Made by a program: the position numbers and the translations under genes. Source: Candidatus Limnocylindria bacterium (GTDB lineage Bacteria > Desulfobacterota > Deferrimicrobia > Deferrimicrobiales > Deferrimicrobiaceae). Taken from it: a stretch of 42,527 bases of DNA. Position 1 is the stretch's first letter, and the number at the start of each line of letters is the position of its first letter. Below the pieces are notes generated by a model that was not told the DNA's origin, ran no database searches, and saw only the letters and a program-made list of their open reading frames with translations. The stretch spans positions 1-42,527 of the forward strand of contig DATHRT010000170.1 in assembly GCA_035464915.1 (NCBI GenBank), in the 5' to 3' direction. This document shows, one piece after another, positions 9,205 through 16,626 of the stretch.

Positions 9205-10904
9205 TTCCCCGTGGAGCCCGCCTTCTGGACCCGGTTCAGCTTGCTTTTTATCTCCTCGGGCTTCTCATGCCCGTGGGAGATCGACTTTTCGTAGAAGGCC
9301 GCCGCCTCTTCCTCCTTCCCCTGCCCGGACAGGATGTCCCCCATGTGCTCGAGGATTACGGGATCGTCGGGGATGAACGATAGCGCGCGGCGGAGTTCGG
9401 CCTCCGCACGCGGGTATTCGCCCTTGCGGTAATACACCCAGGCCAGGCTGTCGATGAAGTACCCGTCGTCCGGCCGGATCTCCAGGGCGCGGAGGATCAG
9501 GGATTCGGCCTCCTTGAGGCGGAGGTTCCGGTCCGCATATGTGTACCCGAGGTAGTTCATGGCCGTCGCGTGCTGCGGATCGAGCTCGATCGCCTTCTCC
9601 ATGGACGAAACGATATTGTCGAAATCTCCCAACTTGTCGTAGATCACCCCGAGCGAGAACCGGGCCGATGCGTTCTTCGGATCTTTCTGCGCCGCCTCGA
9701 CGAGAACGTCCAGTGCCTCCCGGTACCGCTTCGCCTCCTCCAGCTGCGTCCCCAGGAAGATCATCAGCGGGACGTCGTCCGGGAACTTCTCCCGCAGCGT
9801 TTCCGTCACCCCGATCGCCTCGTCGATCCGCTTCCGGCGGCCGAGGGACATGGCGACGTGGAGCATCGCATCCCGGTATACCGGGGACGATTCCGGGATC
9901 GCCCGGAATTCCTCCTCGGCTTCCGGAAACATCCCCTTCGCCTCGTAGGCGGTCCCGAGGAAGAACCGCACCTGGGTGTTCTCCGGCCGGGCCGCAAGCA
10001 CGAACAGGAACTCGTTGATCGCTTCGTCGTACCGGTCGCTGTCGAGATAGAGGAGCCCGAGCTTCGTCCGGAAGTCGAGGTTCCCCTCGGCGAATCTCTT
10101 GAGTTTTTCGTACTGGTCGACTGCCTTGTCGATCTTCTTTTCCAGGATGAGAACTCTCCCGAGGCGCTCCCGGATGAACGGGTTCCCCGGATTGATCGCA
10201 AGCGCTTTCTTGTACCTTTCCTCCGCCTCGGCGTGGCGCCCCATAATTTCGAGAACGCCCCCGGAGTCGATAAGAGCGCCGTCGAATGCCGGGTGGATCG
10301 AAAGCGAGCGGTCGAAGTCGGCAAGCGCGGCATCGTACTTTTCCTGGGCGGCCAGGATCCTGCCCCGGTAATAATAGGCGAGGAACGATTCCGGGCTCCT
10401 CCCGATCAGCGTGGTGAGGAATTCCTCCGCCCGGGCGAAATCCCCTTTCTCGGCGTAGAGCATGGAAAGGTGGAGATATGCCTCCTCGTGGTCCGGGTCG
10501 TCTGATAATGCCTGGGAATACAAGGAAATCGCCTTTTCCTTGTCGCCCGTCGCCGCCAGGATCCCCGCCAGGAGGTAGCGGGAACGCGCATGCTGTTTGT
10601 CGATGGCCAGAGCCTTCTCCAGGTATTCCCTCGCTTCGGGGAGCCTTCCCTTCTTCACGAGGACGTTCGCAGTCTCGAAGAGGATTTCCGGCTCATTCCC
10701 CTGATACCGGAGGGCTTTGCGGTACGATTCGAGGGCGGCGTCCAGGTCCCCCTCCCGGTAATGGAGATAGCCGGCGAGAAACCGGGAATACGCTTGTCCC
10801 TGGAGGTGCGTGCTGATCGCCTCGTTATTTCCGTGGAATGCCACGGCATCCTGGGCAAACAGGAAAGCGGCCACCAAGGTCGCCGCCAAGAGTTTCGCTT
10901 TCAT
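9201..10904 (-). CDS. Secreted tetratricopeptide-repeat (TPR) protein
   Basis: Repeated 34-residue TPR-like units run throughout (e.g. AEEFLTTLIGRSPESFLAYYYRGRILAAQEKYDAALADFDRSL). Signal peptide MKAKLLAATLVAAFLFAQDAVA. I prefer ATG 10904, which has a GAGGGAGAGG SD, over the GTG at 10922 used by the track. Confidence 0.85.
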   Translation of the reverse strand: MKAKLLAATLVAAFLFAQDAVAFHGNNEAISTHLQGQAYSRFLAGYLHYREGDLDAALESYRKALRYQGNEPEILFETANVLVKKGRLPEAREYLEKALAIDKQHARSRYLLAGILAATGDKEKAISLYSQALSDDPDHEEAYLHLSMLYAEKGDFARAEEFLTTLIGRSPESFLAYYYRGRILAAQEKYDAALADFDRSLSIHPAFDGALIDSGGVLEIMGRHAEAEERYKKALAINPGNPFIRERLGRVLILEKKIDKAVDQYEKLKRFAEGNLDFRTKLGLLYLDSDRYDEAINEFLFVLAARPENTQVRFFLGTAYEAKGMFPEAEEEFRAIPESSPVYRDAMLHVAMSLGRRKRIDEAIGVTETLREKFPDDVPLMIFLGTQLEEAKRYREALDVLVEAAQKDPKNASARFSLGVIYDKLGDFDNIVSSMEKAIELDPQHATAMNYLGYTYADRNLRLKEAESLILRALEIRPDDGYFIDSLAWVYYRKGEYPRAEAELRRALSFIPDDPVILEHMGDILSGQGKEEEAAAFYEKSISHGHEKPEEIKSKLNRVQKAGSTGK

Positions 10905-11025
10905 CCTCTCCCTCGGGTACACTTGTTAGGATTAGTATACACAAATCGGTGATGAATCGCCCATTGCACGGCCTTCGCGCCCGCCTGGGCAGGCGCAGGG
11001 GCCGGTCGCCGACCCGGAGTCCCTG

Positions 11026-12405
11026 ATGCTATCGAATATGCGCCTGGAACCGCTCCTTTCCGCACTGCTCTCCCGGGGAGGGGAGTACGGGGAGCTGTTC
11101 TACGAAGAGGTGAACTCGCTTTCGATTCAGCGGGAGGACGGGAAGATCGAGCGCGCCCTTTCGGGGACCGACGCGGGAATAGGGATCCGGCTCATCTTCC
11201 GTGAGAAGACCTTCTACGCCTTCACCAACGAATGCGACGAACGGACCGTCCTCTCTCTCGCGAACGACCTCTCGCGATACGCGAACGGGGAGATGGTATC
11301 CGCCGTCCTCCCTGCCACCCCCGACGCCGCCCGCAGGCCGTCCGCCGTTCGCATCCCCCCGGGCTCCCGGGAGGTCGGGGAAAAGGTCGCCCTCGTCTCC
11401 GACATGGACCGCATCGCACGCGGGATCTCCCGGGAAATCCGCCAGGTCCGGGCGACGTATGGGGAGGCGGAACGGCGGATCGAGATCGCGGCGCACCCGG
11501 GAGTCTTCGCCTCGGACGCCCAGACCTTCACCCTTCTCACCGTCCAATGCGTGGCCGGGAACGAGTCCGGCCTCACCATGGGATACGAGACCGGCGGCGG
11601 GACGTGCGGGTGGGAGTTTCTGGAGGAGTTCCTTCCGGAGGAACTCGCAAGGAAGGCAGCGGGGAGGGCCGTCCGCGCCCTCTCCGCGGGGAGAATCGGT
11701 GGAGGCAGGATGCCGGTCGTGCTTTCCTCCGAGGCGGGAGGGACGATGGTCCACGAGGCGATCGGGCACGGGCTCGAGGCGGACCTCGCGCGCCGGGGGA
11801 TGTCGGTATACCGGAACTCGCTGGGAGCCCGGGTGGCCAGTCCGCTCGTATCGATCGTCGACGACGCCACCGTGCCGGGAAAGCGGGGGTCGTTCGGAGT
11901 CGACGACGAGGGGGCAATGGGCCAGCGAACGGTACTCGTCTCGGACGGCGTTCTGAAAGGGTTCCTCTACGACCGGCTCCATGCAATGAAGGAAGGGGTC
12001 CGGTCGACCGGGAACGGGAGGCGGGAATCGTACCGGCACAGGCCGGTGCCCCGCATGACGAACACGATCATCCTCCCGGGGGAGACGCCGCCGGAGGAAA
12101 TCGTGCGCTCGGTGGACCGCGGGCTTCTCGTGCGCAAGATGGGGGGCGGGCAGGTAAACACCGTGACCGGCGACTTCATGTTCGAGGTGGCCGAAGGATA
12201 CCGTATCGAGAACGGACAGCAGGGCGAGGCGGTTCGCGGCGCCACCATCACCGGGAACGGACCGGAAGCCCTTTCGATGATCGACATGGTCGGGTCCGAC
12301 CTCGGATTCGGCCTGGGTACCTGCGGGAAAGAGGGACAAGGGGTCCCCGTGGGCGACGCCCAGCCGACCCTGCGCTTCGGGCCGCCGTACATAACGGTGG
12401 GATAG
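11026..12405 (+). CDS. tldD: TldD-family metalloprotease
   Basis: 459 aa of the TldD/PmbA family. It has the HExxxH metal site (MVHEAIGHGLEAD) that marks TldD rather than TldE/PmbA. Confidence 0.9.
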   Translation: MLSNMRLEPLLSALLSRGGEYGELFYEEVNSLSIQREDGKIERALSGTDAGIGIRLIFREKTFYAFTNECDERTVLSLANDLSRYANGEMVSAVLPATPDAARRPSAVRIPPGSREVGEKVALVSDMDRIARGISREIRQVRATYGEAERRIEIAAHPGVFASDAQTFTLLTVQCVAGNESGLTMGYETGGGTCGWEFLEEFLPEELARKAAGRAVRALSAGRIGGGRMPVVLSSEAGGTMVHEAIGHGLEADLARRGMSVYRNSLGARVASPLVSIVDDATVPGKRGSFGVDDEGAMGQRTVLVSDGVLKGFLYDRLHAMKEGVRSTGNGRRESYRHRPVPRMTNTIILPGETPPEEIVRSVDRGLLVRKMGGGQVNTVTGDFMFEVAEGYRIENGQQGEAVRGATITGNGPEALSMIDMVGSDLGFGLGTCGKEGQGVPVGDAQPTLRFGPPYITVG

Positions 12406-12419
12406 GAAGGAGCCCGCAC

Positions 12420-13034
12420 ATGGTGGCCCGGATACTCGAGGCGCTCGCCGCCTTCGTCATTTACGTGATCTCCACGATGGGTCTGCCGGGAATCGTCCTG
12501 CTGATGGCGATCGAATCGGCGTGCATCCCCCTTCCCTCCGAGGTGATCATGCCGTTTTCCGGCTACCTCGTTTTTCTGGGGGAATATTCCCTCTGGTCCG
12601 TGGGACTGGCCGGGGCCCTCGGATGCGTTGTCGGATCCGTTCCGGCGTACTACCTGGGAATGTACGGGGGCCGGCCGCTCGTCGAGAAGTACGGGAAATA
12701 CATCCTCGTTTCCCGGCATGACCTCGACATGGCGGACCGCTGGTTCGAACGGCACGGCGAGGCAACCGTCTTCTTCGCCCGCCTCCTCCCGGTCATCCGC
12801 ACCTTCATCGCCTTCCCGGCGGGGGTCGCGCAGATGAACATGAAACGGTTCATCGCCTACACCTTTGCGGGATCCCTTCCCTGGTGCCTGGGACTTGCCT
12901 ACATCGGGATGGTGATGGGGGAGCGTTGGCCCACCTTGCGGTACTACTTCCACAAGTTCGACCTCGTGATCGGCGCCGTGATCGTGGCCGGGATCGTCTG
13001 GTACGTGAGGCGGCACCTCCGGAACCGGGACTAG
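12420..13034 (+). CDS. DedA family inner-membrane protein
   Basis: Only the last 204 aa of listed ORF 11232..13034 are real, from ATG 12420 (MVARILEALAAFVIYVISTMGLPGIVLLMAIES...). The DedA/SNARE-associated core is FFARLLPVIRTFIAFPAG. Confidence 0.85.
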   Translation: MVARILEALAAFVIYVISTMGLPGIVLLMAIESACIPLPSEVIMPFSGYLVFLGEYSLWSVGLAGALGCVVGSVPAYYLGMYGGRPLVEKYGKYILVSRHDLDMADRWFERHGEATVFFARLLPVIRTFIAFPAGVAQMNMKRFIAYTFAGSLPWCLGLAYIGMVMGERWPTLRYYFHKFDLVIGAVIVAGIVWYVRRHLRNRD

Positions 13035-13073
13035 CGGCCCAAACGTCGCTGGCAGCGAGCGGTCACGAGTAAT

Positions 13074-13426
13074 GCTCCGCAGCCTCGGAGGGGGGCTCCG
13101 TTCGTGGCTCGCCGTGCGGTGAACCTGCACGGCTGCGCTTTACCTCACTGCGCCCCCACTCCTTCGGCTTGCTGCGCTTATTAGGCACCCACGAAACATC
13201 GCGCGCAGGTGCGGCTTCGCCGCCATGGCTTCCCGCTCGGGGGATCCCCTGTGGCGGACGACGCATCGATGCACCCCCTGATTCTCAGGAAAAAGGCACA
13301 TGCGGCGAAGCGCACGCAGGAGGGGGTTCCGAGCGGAGCTTTTCGGGGAGGAAGGGCGAGCGCAGACTTGCGGGTGCATCGCAAGTCGAGCGACGAAGCG
13401 AGGGGCCCCCTCCGAGTGAGCGGAGC
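13074..13426. repeat. Imperfect foldback (inverted duplication) of about 350 bp in a 475-bp non-coding gap
   Basis: Exact complementary blocks: GCTCCGC 13074-13080 with GCGGAGC 13420-13426; CTCGGAGGGGG 13084-13094 with CCCCCTCCGAG 13406-13416; GCTTCGCCGC 13214-13223 with GCGGCGAAGC 13302-13311. Central palindromes are GGGGATCCCC 13240-13249 and GCATCGATGC 13263-13272. The left arm aligns to the reverse complement of the right arm by eye, with indels, at roughly two thirds identity. Confidence 0.7.
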
Positions 13427-13509
13427 CGATGTCTTGCCCTTCCACAAAGAACGCACTGAGATGGTGCCCGCCGCATCGATTCGCCTCTTGCAGCAGGGCG
13501 AGGGAGCCG

Positions 13510-14505
13510 TCAGACGAGGGAGGCGGCCTCCCGCCAGAAGACCTCTTCCCGGTCGGCCTGCCGAAGGACGAGGTCGGCCACGCGGGGCAATCCCGCGGTA
13601 TCGTCTCCCTCCGAGACCTCCTTCAGCCTCCCCGCGATCTCCGTCCATCCTTCTGCGACAGCAACCATTTTTTCGGCCAGCCCCGGCCCGGCCAAGGGGG
13701 GGAAACAGGCGGACGCCTCATCGAGGTAGCGGGCGTACATCCTCCGGAAGAAGCCTCCGCCGGTGCCGCGCTTTTCGATGACCTGGTAGCCGAAGCGGGC
13801 CGCGAAGGCAAACTCCTCCGTCATGGCGGGCCACCGGGGGATATCCTCCGCCATCCGGCGCATCCCGGAGATGCCGGCAAAGGACCCCCCGGGCGGAGCG
13901 AGCATCTCCCGCGCATTCTTCTTGAGAGCCAGCGGCACCGCCTCCGGGATCGGACGGAGCGCGTCTTCGGGCTTGACGACGCACCACCGGTTTCCCATCG
14001 GATACGGGGGTACGCTGGACGATCGCGAGCGTTTCAGCGAAGGGACGGAAACCTTCTGCGCCTCCTCACGCTCCGAATCGGACAGGAGCGCATGCTCCGC
14101 CTCGTCATCGACCCCGAACAGGACGACGCGGTGGCCTGCGAAGTGCGTGCTTGTCTCGAAATACTCGAGGTAGGCAAGATCGGTGCTGATCAGAACGGGA
14201 TGTCCGGAAAGGACCGCCGCCCGGGCCTTCTCCCACCCCGCATCGCCGTCCTCCTCTTCCCGCTCCGGGAACGGGATCGAAAGGACGCCGCACAATTCTT
14301 TCTCCATCTCCATGATCCGGCCGTGGAATGCGACGAAGGGAGAAACCGGATGCTCGGGCACATACAGAAAACCCGCGCCCGAACCCAGCCCGAAGCACAT
14401 CGGCTCCGAGAGGTCGATCCCCCGGAAGGCGAACAGGTTCCGCATGGCGGCGGAACCGCAGTGCATCCCGGGCCGGTGGACAAACCCCGGAACGGTATAC
14501 CGCAT
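13510..14505 (-). CDS. BtrH_N / DUF4872 domain protein (papain-like fold family, function unknown)
   Basis: 331 aa. The N-terminus MRYTVPGFVHRPGMHCGSAAMRNLFAFRGIDLSEPMCFGLGSGAGFLY matches my recollection of the BtrH N-terminal domain. The C-terminal half resembles DUF4872. SD AGGGGA lies upstream of ATG 14505. Confidence 0.65.
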   Translation of the reverse strand: MRYTVPGFVHRPGMHCGSAAMRNLFAFRGIDLSEPMCFGLGSGAGFLYVPEHPVSPFVAFHGRIMEMEKELCGVLSIPFPEREEEDGDAGWEKARAAVLSGHPVLISTDLAYLEYFETSTHFAGHRVVLFGVDDEAEHALLSDSEREEAQKVSVPSLKRSRSSSVPPYPMGNRWCVVKPEDALRPIPEAVPLALKKNAREMLAPPGGSFAGISGMRRMAEDIPRWPAMTEEFAFAARFGYQVIEKRGTGGGFFRRMYARYLDEASACFPPLAGPGLAEKMVAVAEGWTEIAGRLKEVSEGDDTAGLPRVADLVLRQADREEVFWREAASLV

Positions 14506-14567
14506 TCTTTCCCCTTTCCTTAAAGCCGCTGTACTATTACATAGCAGAAAACCACGCCGGAGGGCCC

Positions 14568-15278
14568 TTGGAAAACCGATTTCTCGCCATCCTCGCCGAA
14601 GGCGAAAAAGCCCGGAAGGGACTGGCGTTCTATGCTCTTCTCGTGATCGGCCTGTCCGCGGCCTCCTTCGCGTTCTCGGAATCCATTCTCCTGTTCCTGG
14701 TGCGGCTCCTCAACCGGAAGCTCGTCGCCTACGACCCGTCGGAGGGGTTCTTCGCCCTGCTCTCGATCGCGCTGTACTGCGGCCTCGCGTTGTCGCTGCC
14801 GGCCGGGGCATGGATGCTGTGGCGCGGGGCATTCGTCCCCCGTCTTCCGGCGTGGAAACGGTGGGGGTGGATCGTCATCGGGACGGCGACCGGTCTTTTT
14901 TTCCTCGGCATGCTGCTGGGATATCTCGTCCTTCTCCCGGCAGGCGTCGGATTCCTTGTGGGGTTCGAGTCGGAGGAGGTGCGGGCGCTCATATCGGCCC
15001 GGAAGTTCGTCTCCTTCTGCGGAACGATGCTTCTTGCCCTGGGTCTCTCCTTCGAGGCGCCCCTGGTCTCCTACTTTCTGGCCAAGGCCGGGTGGCTTAC
15101 CCCCGGATTCTTCCGGAACAAGTGGCGGCAAGCCATATTGGGATGCGTCGTGGTGTCCGCCGTCCTCACTCCCACGCCGGACATTTATAACCTGACCCTG
15201 ATGACCATTCCGCTCCTCGGACTCTTCCTCGCAAGCTTCGCGGTCGTGTGGGTCGTGGACCGGGGGAAGAAAGCGTGA
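14568..15278 (+). CDS. tatC: Twin-arginine translocase subunit TatC
   Basis: Six-TM protein. FEAPLVSYFLAKAGWLTPGFFRNKWRQAILGCVVVSAVLTPTPDIYNLTLMTIPLLGLF aligns with E. coli TatC [58 protein letters not shown]. Listed ORF 14328.. is trimmed to TTG 14568, which lies behind GGAGGG. The upstream part overlaps the convergent gene region and is R/P-rich. Confidence 0.8.
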   Translation: MENRFLAILAEGEKARKGLAFYALLVIGLSAASFAFSESILLFLVRLLNRKLVAYDPSEGFFALLSIALYCGLALSLPAGAWMLWRGAFVPRLPAWKRWGWIVIGTATGLFFLGMLLGYLVLLPAGVGFLVGFESEEVRALISARKFVSFCGTMLLALGLSFEAPLVSYFLAKAGWLTPGFFRNKWRQAILGCVVVSAVLTPTPDIYNLTLMTIPLLGLFLASFAVVWVVDRGKKA

Positions 15279-15315
15279 GCACGCCGCGGTTCCTTGCGGG
15301 AGCCATCCCCGGATC

Positions 15316-15819
15316 CTAACCCCGTTCCTCCCGGATCCTGCGCTTCCGCTCCCGTCGCCTTTTCCGGTACACGGTGACCACCCGCAACGCCAGGAAGTAG
15401 GCGATCACGGCGGAGACAAGGGCGATGATCGTGTTCCCGACCAGGTAGATCCCCGCCCCCACGGTCAGGCTGCGCAGCCGTTCCCCGTTCTGGACGCTCG
15501 TCATCACCTTGTTCGCGTTGACCCGGAAGATGGCGGCCCCCAGCATCCCGGAAAGAGTCCAGAAAAGCGGCGTCGTGATCGGGTTCATCACCAGGGACCC
15601 GAGCATTGCGGATACGCGGTTCCAACGCAACGCCGAGGCCAGGAGCAGCGCAAGAGGGATCCCGATCCCGAAGGTGGGAAACACGCCGAGGAACACCCCG
15701 AGAGAGAACCCCAGTGCGATGTGGACCGGATCCCCCCCGACGCGGATCAGCCGCAGATAGATGTAGCGGAAGATTCTTCTGCACCGCTCGAGGGGGGTGC
15801 GCCCGGGGCGCGGGGACAT
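15316..15819 (-). CDS. DUF2062 family membrane protein
   Basis: 167 aa. GDPVHIALGFSLGVFLGVFPTFGIGIPLALLLASAL plus further TM segments fit the DUF2062 pattern. The C-terminal tail is basic. Confidence 0.75.
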   Translation of the reverse strand: MSPRPGRTPLERCRRIFRYIYLRLIRVGGDPVHIALGFSLGVFLGVFPTFGIGIPLALLLASALRWNRVSAMLGSLVMNPITTPLFWTLSGMLGAAIFRVNANKVMTSVQNGERLRSLTVGAGIYLVGNTIIALVSAVIAYFLALRVVTVYRKRRRERKRRIREERG

Positions 15820-15853
15820 GGGCGGTATTATAAAGTATCCCGGCCGGAAGGAG

Positions 15854-16567
15854 TTATCTCCGGGAGAAGAACCCGAGCAGCCCTGCGAGGATCCCCTCCG
15901 GGAGGGAGAGGGCTCCGTGCGGGACCCTTCCCAGGTACCGGTCCCCTGCGATACGGCGCACCTCTCCTTCGTTCCCGTCCCTTGCGGGGAACGGATCCGG
16001 GGTCGTGTCGTTCAGGACTACGCCGGCTACCGGGACCGCCCCCGACCGGAGAAAATGCAGGGTCAGGCATAAATGGTTGAGGGTCCCCAGGCGGTTCTGC
16101 GCCACCACCAGCACGGGGAGACGGGCGTCTTTCGCCAGGTCGGCAAAGGAATACCCCTCGCAAATCTCCACCGTGATCCCGCCCGCGCCCTCCACGAGGA
16201 CGAGGTCCGACGCTTCCGCCGCCCCGGCAATCGCACTCCGGATTCGGTCGACGTCGATCGCTACCCCCTCCGCGCCCGCGGCGAGGTGAGGGGAAAGCGG
16301 AGCGGCAAGGGGATACAGGCATACCGCGGAAAGGGGAAGGTCCGGAGCGAACGCTTCGCGCAAGGACGAGGCATCCCCCGGGAACAGGACGCCGTCCGCC
16401 CCCGGTTTGCACCCGGACTCGACCGGCTTGAGAGGCCGCACGGCAAACCCCTTCTCCCGCATCCCCTTTCCGAGAAGGCAGGAAACGTACGTCTTCCCCA
16501 CCCCCGTATCGGTCCCCGTGATCAGGATGGCTTTCCGGGGGACACTCCTGTTTTTATCAAGTCTCAC
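15854..16567 (-). CDS. bioD: Dethiobiotin synthase
   Basis: Listed ORF 15854..16987 trimmed to GTG 16567, which overlaps the bioA stop as GTGA. P-loop ILITGTDTGVGKT. Typical length (237 aa) and position in the bio operon. Confidence 0.85.
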   Translation of the reverse strand: MRLDKNRSVPRKAILITGTDTGVGKTYVSCLLGKGMREKGFAVRPLKPVESGCKPGADGVLFPGDASSLREAFAPDLPLSAVCLYPLAAPLSPHLAAGAEGVAIDVDRIRSAIAGAAEASDLVLVEGAGGITVEICEGYSFADLAKDARLPVLVVAQNRLGTLNHLCLTLHFLRSGAVPVAGVVLNDTTPDPFPARDGNEGEVRRIAGDRYLGRVPHGALSLPEGILAGLLGFFSRR

Positions 16568-16626
16568 GTTGAGGAGTGTCCTCCCCCAGCGCCCGCGGAG
16601 TGTCCCCCCCATGCGTGTCCCCCGCC
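16537..16626. repeat. GGGGGACACTCC-box palindromic element, copy A (inside the bioA 3' end and bioD 5' end)
   Basis: Forward box GGGGGACACTCC at 16537-16548. Reverse boxes: GGAGTGTCCTCCCCC 16573-16587, GGAGTGTCCCCCCC 16597-16610, GTGTCCCCCGCC 16615-16626. Confidence 0.8.

Noticed and set aside
10940-10960. Extended -10-like TGTGTATACT on the minus strand upstream of the TPR gene
   Set aside because: It is plausible, but there is no -35 and no other support. The evidence is too thin to list as a feature.
11232-12419. N-terminal 396 aa of the listed 600-aa ORF 11232..13034
   Set aside because: It is out of frame with and overlaps tldD, and it is Arg/Gly-rich. Only the DedA part from ATG 12420 is credible.
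13063-13459. Small ORFs inside the 475-bp gap (67, 101, 96 and 63 aa)
   Set aside because: They have no SD, their composition is R/P/G/A-rich, they overlap each other on both strands, and they follow the palindromic symmetry of the DNA. I treat the gap as non-coding.
14962-14970. tRNA T-loop-like GGTTCGA strings (also 26206-26215 and 28469-28478)
   Set aside because: The first two lie inside well-supported coding sequences, and the third lies in a 43-nt spacer too short for a tRNA. No cloverleaf can be drawn for any of them.
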